Below, in pieces: positions 1 to 8,997 of a stretch of 64,000 nucleotides of DNA. A model generated the notes under the pieces. That model ran no database searches and had not been told where the DNA came from. It saw only the letters and a program-made list of their open reading frames with translations. The stretch's first letter is position 1; every line of letters starts with the position of its first letter. Both the position numbers and the translations under genes were made by a program. The DNA comes from an uncultured delta proteobacterium. GTDB lineage: Bacteria > Desulfobacterota > Binatia > UBA9968. The stretch spans positions 192,001-256,000 of the forward strand of contig CAVYTU010000008.1 of NCBI GenBank assembly GCA_963771465.1. Reading direction: 5' to 3'.

Positions 1-2
1 AT

Positions 3-1904
3 CGCAAGGCGCTGAAATCCCATGTGCTCGAGACCCCCGATCCGGCTTATACCTGTCCTGCTGGAGATTGTCCGATGGAAACTCCGGGCGGCTGGGTTTG
101 GCAAACCCAACAGCCGTGGGTCGTTTCACATCTAGCCGAGGACAAAAAATTTCCCGATCTAGCGACCTGGTTGTGTGACCGCGGCGTGCAATCACTTTGC
201 GTCGTTCCGGCGACCACGGCGTTAAGTAAAATAGGGGCGCTGGCTTTTGGCAGCAGGTTGGAATCAGCGTATTCCGAGGCAGACGTCACCTTTTTGCAGC
301 AGGTGGCTCGGCAAGTCGCCGTGGCGGTGGATAACGCGCATAATTTTGCCGAAGCCCAATCGGTTCAGCGCCAACTCAAAGACGAGCGCGATCGTTTGAG
401 TCTCCTGCTCGAGGTCAACAACGCTGTCGTTTCCGTCCTTGATTTGCATGAGCTGCTCAAAGCAGTTTCCGATTCGTTACGGCGGTTGGTGCCGCACGAA
501 TATGCCAGCCTTTCCCTCTACGACGCGGAATCCCAAACTTTACAAATTCATGCTTTGGATTTCCCGGTAAGCAAGGGGCTGCTCCAGGAAGGCCTGTCAA
601 TTCCGGTTGAAGGTTCGCCGGCGGGACGCGCTATTCAAACTCGCCGGCCGGTGCATATCACGCGCAATGAAATCGAGCAGTTCGGTTCGGACATCGCCCG
701 ACGCATACTCGCCGAAGGGCTCAAGTCCGCCTATTGCCTGCCGTTGATTTCTCACGGCCGGCCGTTGGGCACGTTAGTGGTCGCGAGTCTAACGGAAGAG
801 ATATTTCCCGAGAAGGACGCCCAGCTGCTGCAACATGTTGCCAATCAGATCGCCATCGCCGTGGAAAACTCCCTCGCCTTTCGCCAGGTGGTCGAACGAG
901 CCAACAAATTGAGCGAAGAGAAGCTCTATCTGCAAGATGAGATCCGCAGCGAATACAACTTCGAAGAGATTATCGGCGACAGTCCGGCGTTGAAAAAAAT
1001 TCTCAATCAACTCCAAACCGTCGCGCCCACCGATTCGACGATACTGATTCAAGGCGAAACCGGCACCGGAAAAGAATTGATCGCCCGCGCCATTCATCAT
1101 CTCAGCGCGCGCCGCGAGCGCACCCTGGTAAAGGTGAACTGCGCCGCCATCCCGACGGGGCTTTTGGAAAGCGAGCTGTTCGGTCACGAACGGGGCGCAT
1201 TCACCGGCGCCATCGCGCAGCGCGTCGGCCGCTTTGAGCTGGCCCATCGTGGCACACTGTTTCTTGACGAGGTTGGCGATATTCCGCTGGAGTTGCAGCC
1301 CAAGCTATTGCGGGTCTTACAGGAGCAAGAATTTGAGCGGTTGGGCAGCGCGCGCACCGTCCAAGTCGATGTTCGCCTGGTGGCGGCCACCAATGCGGAC
1401 CTCGCCCAAAAGATGGCCGACGGTCAATTTCGCAGCGACCTGTATTATCGCCTGAATGTTTTCCCGGTGACGATCCCGCCGCTGCGCGAGCGGCGCGAGG
1501 ATATTCCATTGCTCGTGCGCTACTTCGCGCAAAAGTATGCCAGGCGCATGAAAAGACCGATCGACAACGTGCCGGTCAAGGCGATGACCGCACTATCGGA
1601 ATATCACTGGCCGGGCAACGTGCGCGAGTTGGAAAATTTTATTGAGCGCGCGGTTATTCTTTCGCGCGGCGCGGAGTTGCAGATTCCGCTTGCAGAACTG
1701 AAACACCGGACAAGCGACGCGCCGATCGCTGCTGCAAATGGATTTGCCACCCTCGAGCACGCCGAACGCGAACATATCGTGCGCATGCTCGGAGAGACCA
1801 AATGGGTGATCGGCGGACCGACCGGCGCCGCCAATCGATTAGGTATGAAGCGCACCACACTCCAATCGCGCATGCGCAAGCTCGGCATCACTCGCCCCAT
1901 CTGA
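3..1904 (+). CDS. FhlA-like sigma-54-dependent transcriptional activator (GAF domains + AAA+ + HTH), 5'-partial
   Basis: Frame is open from the window edge. Walker [40 protein letters not shown]-terminal Fis-type HTH ([16 protein letters not shown]), and repeated GAF-like segments ([17 protein letters not shown]). Confidence 0.92.
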   Translation, partial: RKALKSHVLETPDPAYTCPAGDCPMETPGGWVWQTQQPWVVSHLAEDKKFPDLATWLCDRGVQSLCVVPATTALSKIGALAFGSRLESAYSEADVTFLQQVARQVAVAVDNAHNFAEAQSVQRQLKDERDRLSLLLEVNNAVVSVLDLHELLKAVSDSLRRLVPHEYASLSLYDAESQTLQIHALDFPVSKGLLQEGLSIPVEGSPAGRAIQTRRPVHITRNEIEQFGSDIARRILAEGLKSAYCLPLISHGRPLGTLVVASLTEEIFPEKDAQLLQHVANQIAIAVENSLAFRQVVERANKLSEEKLYLQDEIRSEYNFEEIIGDSPALKKILNQLQTVAPTDSTILIQGETGTGKELIARAIHHLSARRERTLVKVNCAAIPTGLLESELFGHERGAFTGAIAQRVGRFELAHRGTLFLDEVGDIPLELQPKLLRVLQEQEFERLGSARTVQVDVRLVAATNADLAQKMADGQFRSDLYYRLNVFPVTIPPLRERREDIPLLVRYFAQKYARRMKRPIDNVPVKAMTALSEYHWPGNVRELENFIERAVILSRGAELQIPLAELKHRTSDAPIAAANGFATLEHAEREHIVRMLGETKWVIGGPTGAANRLGMKRTTLQSRMRKLGITRPI

Positions 1905-1906
1905 CG

Positions 1907-1940
1907 CCGCTATTTCGGCGCCTGCCGATCACTCGGCACA
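1907..1940. promoter_or_regulatory. Putative upstream activator site: tandem GCCGA-N4-TCGGC-type palindromes
   Basis: Reads gccgctatttcggc gcct gccgatcactcggc. A near copy at 3454-3488 lies at almost the same distance from a -24/-12 promoter. Confidence 0.6.
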
Positions 1941-2036
1941 AGCTCTTCGTCACTTTCCTATCCTCAGCAGCAGCGAGAAGTGCGTAAATGCTTACGCAAA
2001 AAGCAGTTAACGGCTTTTTTCGAGCGCCGGCGGGTT

Positions 2037-2051
2037 TGGCATAACCCTTGT
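2037..2051 (+). promoter_or_regulatory. Putative sigma-54 promoter (-24/-12) for the SDR gene
   Basis: TGGCAT-AACCC-TTGT. The -24 element and spacing fit; -12 has GT rather than GC. It lies about 50 bp upstream of the GGAGG RBS and ATG. Confidence 0.55.
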
Positions 2052-2103
2052 TACACCTATGGAAGAAAGCCGTTGCAGCTGAGAAATTTATTACGGAGGA
2101 TTT

Positions 2104-2838
2104 ATGTCTCTGATACTTTCTGGAAAAACTGCGCTGGTGACTGGGGCGTCACGGGGCATCGGCCGGGCCATTGCCGAACGTTTAGCCGCGGATGGGGCGG
2201 CTGTCATCGTCAACTACGCGCGCACCGAAAAACTGGCGCAGGAGGTCGTCAAAGCGATCGAGGCGAAGGGCGGCAAGGCGATCGCCATCCAGGCCGACGT
2301 TGCCAAACCCGCCGAGGTGCAGCGACTTTTCAGCGCAGCCGAGAAAGCGATGGGAAAACTCGACATCGTCGTCGCCAATGCCGGCGTGCATGCGGTAAAA
2401 CCGCTGATCGAAAACACCGAGGCGGATTACAACTACATTTTCGACATCAATACCCGCGGGGTTTTTTTCACCTTGCAGGAGGCCGGCCGGCGAGTGCGTG
2501 ACGGCGGCCGCATCGTCGTCGTGTCCACCGGCGGCACGAAGATGCATTTTGCCAACATGTCGCTTTATCTCGGCAGCAAAGGCGCCATCGAGCAGTTCGC
2601 TCGCTCGCTGTCCCTCGAGCTCGGCCCGCGCAATGTTACGGTTAACATTCTTTCGCCGGGATTCACCGACACGGACATGCTTCCCGAAGAATACCGCGCT
2701 TACGGCGCGAGCCTGTCGCCGTTCAATCGCGTCGGCACCCCGCAGGAAGTCGCGGATGTCTCCGCGTTTCTAGCCAGCGACGCTTCCCGCTGGATAACCG
2801 GGCAGAATATCCAGGCCGGCGGCGGCGTGGTCGGATAG
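2104..2838 (+). CDS. Short-chain dehydrogenase/reductase (FabG-like)
   Basis: [17 protein letters not shown] catalytic motif, ITGQNI tail, GGAGG RBS. ATG is at 2105 by my count of the sequence; the track gives 2104. Confidence 0.92.
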   Translation: MSLILSGKTALVTGASRGIGRAIAERLAADGAAVIVNYARTEKLAQEVVKAIEAKGGKAIAIQADVAKPAEVQRLFSAAEKAMGKLDIVVANAGVHAVKPLIENTEADYNYIFDINTRGVFFTLQEAGRRVRDGGRIVVVSTGGTKMHFANMSLYLGSKGAIEQFARSLSLELGPRNVTVNILSPGFTDTDMLPEEYRAYGASLSPFNRVGTPQEVADVSAFLASDASRWITGQNIQAGGGVVG

Positions 2839-2898
2839 TCGCTCGGACGATCACGCGACTTAATATCTACCGGATTAACGAAGAAAGGACGACTCAAA

Positions 2899-3069
2899 AT
2901 GAAATTTTCACTGGTGCCACTGCTAGTGGCGGGACAAAGCATCTCTGCCGCTATTCGACAGGCTTTGCTTGAGAACCGCCTCAAGGACGCCGCGGCCATG
3001 ATCATGAAGGAATATGGACTTTCCTGCGCTGAAGCGGGAGATCTCCTGAACGTAACGCAGTGTGAATGA
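2899..3069 (+). CDS. Small hypothetical protein, 56 aa (MKFSLVPLLVAGQSISAAIRQALLENRLKDAAAMIMKEYGLSCAEAGDLLNVTQCE)
   Basis: Translated by hand (below the ORF-track cutoff). AAAGGA RBS upstream, co-oriented after the SDR, protein-like helical composition. Confidence 0.55.
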   Translation: MKFSLVPLLVAGQSISAAIRQALLENRLKDAAAMIMKEYGLSCAEAGDLLNVTQCE

Positions 3070-3136
3070 TTTCAATTGATTGTTTTGAAACTTTTTCGCT
3101 GCGGCAGAGCCGTTGCTTGGAATCGCGGCAGATTAC

Positions 3137-3342
3137 TGGCGAGCGGCGCTTGCCTGGACGGAACAAATTAACCTTGATCGCCGACAATCATGTCCCGGAT
3201 GATCTCTACGAACTAACTTGTCGGCCTTTCAGCGAGCAGGAGCTTTTTGATTTAACCCTCGCGGTGGTCACCATCAACGCCTAGAATCGCATCGCCATCT
3301 GTTTTGCCAAGAGACCGGAATGTACCAACCGGCGCAGGTGAA
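3137..3342 (+). pseudogene. Fragment of an AhpD/carboxymuconolactone decarboxylase-family gene (C-terminal half)
   Basis: Across frames it reads RAALAWTE / LTLIADNHVPDDLYE..FSEQELFDLTLAVVTINA*NRIAI, matching the family's INAWNR motif with TAG in place of Trp. It also has a frameshift and lacks the N-terminal half. Confidence 0.75.
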
Positions 3343-3453
3343 CCCTCGAGGTCATTTTTGCTTGGCTCCTTCGGCTCCCATCCGGTTACTCAAGAAGATA
3401 AGAAGTAGAACCCATGCCTGAGCTAGAAACTGCTCTTTGTTTGCTCAGACGAA

Positions 3454-3488
3454 GCCAACATTTCGGCGCGTGCCGACAGTTCGTCACA
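3454..3488. promoter_or_regulatory. Putative upstream activator site, second copy
   Basis: Reads gccaacatttcggc gcgt gccgacagttcgtc, followed by another ATTTCGGCG half-site at about 3492. Confidence 0.6.
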
Positions 3489-3583
3489 TTTATTTCGGCG
3501 TCAGTCCTCACTCTATAACACGCACTCGATGCAACTCTCGTAGTTCCGATCGTTTACACATTCGTTGCAAACCTCGGTGCGCC

Positions 3584-3598
3584 TGGCACGGGCCTTGC
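3584..3598 (+). promoter_or_regulatory. Sigma-54 promoter (-24/-12)
   Basis: Exact consensus TGGCAC-GGGCC-TTGC, upstream of a co-oriented gene string and near a sigma-54 activator. Confidence 0.8.
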
Positions 3599-3642
3599 CA
3601 TTACTACTGTTAGCAACACACGGTAGGAAGGCGGTTGAGCCA

Positions 3643-3807
3643 ATGAAGATCGAAAGTTTTTATGTCGCGTTATTGTTTCTCGGCGGGACAAATCTATTTG
3701 CGCGCTTACTGACCCAGGGAGTCGAATCGGCGCTGGTTGCGACGGCAATCGAGTGGTCGACGAGTCGAATCCGAGCGGCGGTCAAACTTGCTCGCTCACG
3801 CCAATAG
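3643..3807 (+). CDS. Small hypothetical protein, 54 aa (MKIESFYVALLFLGG...)
   Basis: ATG after AGGAAGG, first ORF after the sigma-54 promoter, hydrophobic N-terminus. Confidence 0.45.
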   Translation: MKIESFYVALLFLGGTNLFARLLTQGVESALVATAIEWSTSRIRAAVKLARSRQ

Positions 3808-3825
3808 CTAGGATCGGCACGTCAG

Positions 3826-4272
3826 ATGGAATCGAGCGTAAGAACAGGAGGGTCGACGGTGTCACTGAAAAATAAAATTTGTTTAGCGGCCTCGATGGCC
3901 TCAAGAGTTATCGGCGGATTGATCCTGTTCGGCTCTATCGCCGTTGCCAGGGCGCAAGCCGCCGACAGTAGTTCGCAACCGCGGTACGTAGGATTGACGG
4001 CCGAGTTGCCGCAGGTTTCATTAACCCTGATCTCGCTGTCGCCGCTGACCGCTAACGGGCAGACCGTGGGTGCAATCGCGATTTATGACGATCCGACCAC
4101 GCCGAGAGCAGCGGACTATGTCGAAGTATTCGACAGCGATGGCGCTCCTGTCGTCGTCTCATGGTTCGATCGATTCGGGATCGAGAGGTTAGTCGTGGAC
4201 CGCGCCCTAATCGAAGGCGGGGATGAACTCGAAGGAGTTTTCGTGGCGGTCTTGGATGGAGAGTCGATATAG
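3826..4272 (+). CDS. Hypothetical exported protein
   Basis: Signal-like segment ending ARA-QAA, then an acidic beta-rich domain. The start codon is uncertain. Confidence 0.65.
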   Translation: MESSVRTGGSTVSLKNKICLAASMASRVIGGLILFGSIAVARAQAADSSSQPRYVGLTAELPQVSLTLISLSPLTANGQTVGAIAIYDDPTTPRAADYVEVFDSDGAPVVVSWFDRFGIERLVVDRALIEGGDELEGVFVAVLDGESI

Positions 4273-4288
4273 GATCGTATTCTCACCC

Positions 4289-4564
4289 ATGTTGAAGATT
4301 ACCACTCACAGCGAAAGTACGCTGGACATCCTTGAACTCGAAGGAAGACTCGTCGGTCCTTGGATTGAGGAATTGAAAAAATGTTGGCGGCAAGCCGCCA
4401 GTGCCGATCACGAGATTCGCGTCGTCTTGAAACAAGTGACCTTTATCGATGACGCGGGTAGAGCGCTTCTAGCGGCTATGCATCGCGCCGGAGTAAAACT
4501 TGAGGCCACCGGATGCATGACCAACGCAGTCATCGCAGAGATCGTAGGAGGAGAAAAAACATGA
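4289..4564 (+). CDS. STAS-like (anti-anti-sigma/MlaB-type) small protein
   Basis: LEGRLVGPWIEEL...VVLKQVTFIDDAGRALL fits the STAS DLxxVxFxDxxG pattern. The stop overlaps the next ATG (ATGA). Confidence 0.75.
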   Translation: MLKITTHSESTLDILELEGRLVGPWIEELKKCWRQAASADHEIRVVLKQVTFIDDAGRALLAAMHRAGVKLEATGCMTNAVIAEIVGGEKT

Positions 4565-4902
4565 CCGCAAATATCGAAAATGTAAACGATGAGAACTTCG
4601 GCCAGGTTGTCCTGGATTCCAAACAGCCGGTGCTGGTCGATTTCTGGGCGCAATGGTGCGGACCGTGCCGCTCCCTCGCGCCGATCGTCGACGCCCTCGC
4701 CGAACAGTACGCCGGAACGGCGCGGATCGTGAAGCTCAACGTCGATGATAGTCCCGCGGTTGTCGAGCGCTATCGCGTGCAGGCGATACCGACGCTGATC
4801 TTATTTCAAGGCGGCGAAGAAAAACAGCGGCTGGTCGGCGTGTCGGGGAAAGAAGCCATCGCCAGCGCCATCGATGTCCATGTTGGCACCGACGCGCAGT
4901 AG
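4561..4902 (+). CDS. trxA: Thioredoxin
   Basis: VLVDFWAQWCGPC, KLNVD, IPTL motifs; AGGAG RBS. Confidence 0.93.
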   Translation: MTANIENVNDENFGQVVLDSKQPVLVDFWAQWCGPCRSLAPIVDALAEQYAGTARIVKLNVDDSPAVVERYRVQAIPTLILFQGGEEKQRLVGVSGKEAIASAIDVHVGTDAQ

Positions 4903-4914
4903 GAGGAAGGAAAC

Positions 4915-5337
4915 ATGGAACATAAACTCGCAAATTCAGCGGACACGGAAAATGTATCCGCCCGCAGGGGCGACGAAAAGGTCGCCTCGCTTTTTCAACC
5001 CGACACGCTGCTGTCGGCCCAGTACTTTGACACGCTGCGGAGACAAACTCTGCTCGAACCGGAGAAGCGGCTCATGCTGGCGATCTTAGACGATGCGATC
5101 AATTGCTACCAGGACAATCTGTTTTCCCAACGCGTGAAAAATAGGCGGCTTTTCGACGAAGCCGAAGAGTGGATTGTAACAGCGGGCGGCGAATGGATTT
5201 TTTCTTTTGACCATGTCTGTGAATCGCTTGGCTTCAATCCAGAGTATGTGCGCCGCGGGCTGCTGCAATGGAAGGAGAAGAATCGCCAAAAGCGCTCTCC
5301 GAGCGGAACTTGGGATGAGAAAAAGCTGGCCAGTTAA
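4915..5337 (+). CDS. Hypothetical protein (PEKRLMLAILDDAI...WIFSFDHVCESLG type)
   Basis: Strong AGGAGG RBS, operonic spacing, coherent 140 aa ORF. Confidence 0.8.
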   Translation: MEHKLANSADTENVSARRGDEKVASLFQPDTLLSAQYFDTLRRQTLLEPEKRLMLAILDDAINCYQDNLFSQRVKNRRLFDEAEEWIVTAGGEWIFSFDHVCESLGFNPEYVRRGLLQWKEKNRQKRSPSGTWDEKKLAS

Positions 5338-5400
5338 CTTACCGCCGGGTATTGCCCGGACGATGAAGACAGAAAGACGACGTAAAGGAGAGACACGACA

Positions 5401-5577
5401 ATGAATTCATGGGAACTAATCTTTCGACAAAGCAGAGTGAACAGCGCCAGCTATGACGGAGACCAACTCGTTGCACAGAATTGGGACTGGCCTCGAGGTA
5501 CGTGGTTTCAGCGGCGTCTGCGGTATCTCCGCAATGGTTACGGCAGATACACCAGAGCGCTGCCGGAAGAACGATAG
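5401..5577 (+). CDS. Small Trp/Arg-rich protein, 58 aa (MNSWELIFRQSRV...RALPEER)
   Basis: Translated by hand. AAAGGAG RBS, co-oriented within the operon. Confidence 0.5.
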   Translation: MNSWELIFRQSRVNSASYDGDQLVAQNWDWPRGTWFQRRLRYLRNGYGRYTRALPEER

Positions 5578-5605
5578 CAATAAATTCATTGGTAACGGAG
5601 TCGTC

Positions 5606-5773
5606 ATGAAAACAGCGGAAGTCCATTGGGATCTTTTTTGGCAAGCCTTTCGCCAACAGACTACGGAGCGCAAAAACTCCTGGCTCGGGCGATGGGCGTT
5701 CACCGACGACCGCGTCAGGTTGTCGATGCGGCCGGCACGAACGGACACGGACGATTCCGATTCTCCGGCATAG
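5606..5773 (+). CDS. Small Trp/Arg-rich protein, 55 aa (MKTAEVHWDLFWQAFRQ...)
   Basis: GGAG RBS 5 nt before the ATG; follows the previous small ORF. Confidence 0.45.
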   Translation: MKTAEVHWDLFWQAFRQQTTERKNSWLGRWAFTDDRVRLSMRPARTDTDDSDSPA

Positions 5774-5821
5774 CGGCGTGGTTTCGATGAACCGGTACGG
5801 GAGAGGGATCGGAAGGCGGGT

Positions 5822-6006
5822 TGAACTACCCCGCAGCAAAGTGTGCGGTATCAGAATGACGCGACGCGAATTTTCCCAAAGGCGTCACCCCCGAATGCCT
5901 TTATCGGGGGTCCATCCGGACTCGCCTGGATTCCCGCTTAAAGCATGCGGGAATGACGGACTTCGGTAAGGAAATTAGTTTAACGCAGGGAGCTGCGGGA
6001 AATCGA
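5822..6006. repeat. Composite REP/MITE-like element: inverted CGTC-type REP doublet flanked by GCAG..CTGCGGG hairpins
   Basis: CGTCACCCCCGAATGCCTTTATCGGGGGTCCA (5883-5914) faces TGGATTCCCGCTTAAAGCATGCGGGAATGACG (5927-5958). The stretch 5910-6006 recurs at 23465-23561. Confidence 0.8.
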
Positions 6007-6016
6007 CTCACAGAAA

Positions 6017-6295
6017 TTGAATCAGCCAAAATCCCGGCGCAAGGCCGCGTTAGGTTCATCATATCGAAATTGGGGAGAACGTTTGAACTGCCAACGATGT
6101 TTGAGAGCAGAAGAAGCCGTGTACCGCGCCTATAGTGATATCATCGATCTGCAGGTATGCGCGGCCTGTGCTTCCGAGGCCTGGTGGTTAGGACTTAGTA
6201 TTGAAGTCCTTGACCAGCGGCCAACTCACCAAGAACGGCTGCTTACGCCACGGAACCGATTTGCCGACGCGGTTCGTTCCAAAGCAGCTAGCTGA
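6017..6295 (+). CDS. Small putative zinc-binding protein (CxxC...CxxC)
   Basis: CQRC and CAAC pairs about 20 aa apart. The start is uncertain because it abuts the repeat element. Confidence 0.5.
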   Translation: MNQPKSRRKAALGSSYRNWGERLNCQRCLRAEEAVYRAYSDIIDLQVCAACASEAWWLGLSIEVLDQRPTHQERLLTPRNRFADAVRSKAAS

Positions 6296-6771
6296 TCGCT
6301 TTGCGCGAGCCGATCTTGATGCCGCGGAATACGGCCGGCGGAGTTGAATCAAGAAACCGCAATGTTCCAACGATCTCGCTGGATCGAAACTTGGAACTCA
6401 TCAAATCGTTGATTGATAAGGTCCCGGTCAAGATGTGGGCGAAGCCTCGGCGTGGATGTTGTGTATTCGTGAGATTGAAGTGTGATACAAGCTCATTCTT
6501 GAGCGATTAATGAAATATTCGCCACCCCGTTGTTAAGTATTCATCAGCACTCATTTCTCACCATCTGTCTTCTTCCTCAAACGCCGATTGACTCAACCCC
6601 AGCTTCTTGCGGTGCGCCAGCAGCTCCTCGGCTTTAGTCGTTGGCGCCGACCGCCGTTAAAATCGTCTCCGCGATAACTTTCTTCCGCGCTTTCTTTTCG
6701 GCTTCAGCTGCCGCCATTAACTCAGTGTTTCTTTGCCTTACCCCCCGCGTAGACACTCTCTTGAGGACATA

Positions 6772-7845
6772 TCAGAGTGCCGGCAGCGGATCAGGGCCGG
6801 AAATTTTTTGAAACAGATTTACCGTTTCGGGGTCTCTTGGAATTTCCTTTATTGCTCTTGCTTGTTCTTCTGGGAGAAGTGGAGATGGTTCGCCACCCGT
6901 GTTTTTCGTAAAGACCGGCATGAATTCAGGGTCTTTGTAAATTTTTCGCATGGCGTCAGCCAATATCTGAACACGGTCCTTTGGAGTGCTTGGCGGTAAG
7001 ACGAAAGGCGAACCGATCAGGGTAAAGTTACGGTGCATATCGAGTACTTTTTTCACTCTGTCGTTTTTGACAAATTTGTCGATCGTCGGCAGGCCGTCGA
7101 AACTGGGATGAGCAAAGCGGTACCCCTTGGGTATTTCGTCGACCACATGAAAATGGACCAAGTCCTTATCGATCCAGGTCTTCAGTTGCTTGATGAAAAT
7201 ATCCGCGTTATAGGCTTGGGCGTCAAATTCACCGGCAAAAATCGCTTGCCGCAGGTCCGCACCCGAGTAACCGGTGACAAATTTCGGGTTTTTGAGCCCA
7301 AGGATCCAAGCAAACATGCGGCCTCGGACATAAACGGAGTGCCCGACAGATTGAGCCCCGAACCTTACGCCTGAGGCGGCTTGCAACTTCTCCAGTGTAT
7401 TCAGACCGACTTCTTGTCGTGTAAACAAGACGAAGTTGGTCCGGCTGTTGGTCGCGCCGAGGTATATGAACTTGTCAACATCATAGGCGACTCCTGTTTG
7501 ACCTAGCACCGCACCAGATACGAAGCCGGTTCCCGGAAGTCCTATGGTTAAGCCATCCGATTTCATCTGATATAGATAGTTGGCCGCTTTTCGCCCACCC
7601 CCGCCGGACATGTATTCGATAACTATAAAGGGATTTCCTGGTATGTGCTTCTGAAGGAATGGGATCAGTGTTCTGGTGCGTAAATCTCCGGTGCCGCCGG
7701 GCCCCTCGCTACCATCGAGGATCTTGAGCGTCTTTCCTTGGTAAAAGGGCGTTTGTGAATTCGCATCACGAGCCAATGGACTCGTCCACGTCAATCCTGC
7801 GATCAAAACAACTACTAACCGCACCCGGATTTTTGCTGGGTTCAT
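6772..7845 (-). CDS. Tripartite tricarboxylate transporter substrate-binding protein (Bug/TctC-like)
   Basis: Signal peptide, FYQGKT, HIPGNP, GGGGRKAANYLY, DGLTIG, PPSTPKDRV. AGGAG RBS before the ATG at 7845. Confidence 0.88.
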   Translation of the reverse strand: MNPAKIRVRLVVVLIAGLTWTSPLARDANSQTPFYQGKTLKILDGSEGPGGTGDLRTRTLIPFLQKHIPGNPFIVIEYMSGGGGRKAANYLYQMKSDGLTIGLPGTGFVSGAVLGQTGVAYDVDKFIYLGATNSRTNFVLFTRQEVGLNTLEKLQAASGVRFGAQSVGHSVYVRGRMFAWILGLKNPKFVTGYSGADLRQAIFAGEFDAQAYNADIFIKQLKTWIDKDLVHFHVVDEIPKGYRFAHPSFDGLPTIDKFVKNDRVKKVLDMHRNFTLIGSPFVLPPSTPKDRVQILADAMRKIYKDPEFMPVFTKNTGGEPSPLLPEEQARAIKEIPRDPETVNLFQKISGPDPLPAL

Positions 7846-7881
7846 CTTAGGCTCCTGCGTGAGTGTCGCCGGCAATGATTT

Positions 7882-8919
7882 CTATTTACCGCCGTACATC
7901 GCTTTCGCGTTCTCGTAGAGAATCTTGCGCTTTTGGCTTTCCGAAAGATCAGCGCGAGATTCTATTTTGTGCATGCTCTCGGGAAATTCATTGTCCCAAT
8001 GCGGAATATCGGAAGCATAAACGAAGTGATCGTCGCCGACGTACTTCAGTGTCTCGGGCAACAGAGTTTCTCCCGCCTCCACGCTGAAATATATCGGACG
8101 ATCCCTAACCACCTCGCTAGGAAGCCGTTTCAAGTCGGGCGTCTCTACATGCCCTCTCAATTCCCAGTGCTCATTCATACGGTCGAGCCAATACGGCAGC
8201 CAAGTGCACCCAATCTCGAGAAAAGCCATATGCAGTTTCGGAAAACGTTCCGGAACGCCCTGAAAAAGAATGCTTGTAAACTGCTGAAAGATACCGACCG
8301 GGAAGGCCACCGTGTGAACTTCGGTAAACGTTTCGAACATTCCCGAGGCAAGCTCTTGAGTCCCTTTGCGGGTACCATGAACTCCGAGCAAACATCCGAG
8401 ACTTTGAGCTTCTTCATAGATCGGGTCGTAGAAGCGATGGCCAAGCGGTAAAGTTAATCCCGTCGTCTTGATAGAAACGCCAACGAGGCCGAGCTCTTTG
8501 ACGGCCCTGCGAATTTCTCGCGCAGCCTCCTGCGGATCTTGCTGCGGAAAAATTGCCAATGGCTTCAGGCGCGGCGACACTTTAGCGAAATCGTCATGGA
8601 CGTAATTGTTATAGGCTCGGCAAAGAGCAATGGCATAGTCCTTTTCACGGACACCCGAAACATCGCCCGCGCTTGTTGAATAAAGATAGGCAAACTCCAT
8701 GTTGTTCTTGTCCATGATGCGGAGCCAGTCGTTTGCGCTTGGTCGGTGCGGCGACCACTCTTTATTGCGCGGAAGCGTACCTTGAAGATGGCCATCCCAT
8801 GGCTCGGCGGACACGAGCGAACCACCACGTCGATTATATGGTGCCGCCAAATAGGAGCGGAGTTTCTCTTTGTCTTCAATGATGTGACCGTCAGCATCGA
8901 TAACCATATTTTTAGACAT
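7882..8919 (-). CDS. Amidohydrolase_2 family protein (ACMSD/LigW-like metal-dependent decarboxylase or hydratase)
   Basis: IDADGH, AYNNY, GVHG, ERFPKL..FLE, ASDIPHWD motifs; GGAGG RBS. Confidence 0.9.
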   Translation of the reverse strand: MSKNMVIDADGHIIEDKEKLRSYLAAPYNRRGGSLVSAEPWDGHLQGTLPRNKEWSPHRPSANDWLRIMDKNNMEFAYLYSTSAGDVSGVREKDYAIALCRAYNNYVHDDFAKVSPRLKPLAIFPQQDPQEAAREIRRAVKELGLVGVSIKTTGLTLPLGHRFYDPIYEEAQSLGCLLGVHGTRKGTQELASGMFETFTEVHTVAFPVGIFQQFTSILFQGVPERFPKLHMAFLEIGCTWLPYWLDRMNEHWELRGHVETPDLKRLPSEVVRDRPIYFSVEAGETLLPETLKYVGDDHFVYASDIPHWDNEFPESMHKIESRADLSESQKRKILYENAKAMYGGK

Positions 8920-8997
8920 TGCTGTCCTCCATTTTTCAGTTACTCTCCATGACATGATGCCGGTTTTCGATCAGAGAAGGGCACCATTCTTGACCGT

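Noticed and set aside
3-1904. Naming the activator fhlA
   Set aside because: The architecture is FhlA-like, but no formate dehydrogenase or hydrogenase genes are adjacent, so orthology is unsupported.
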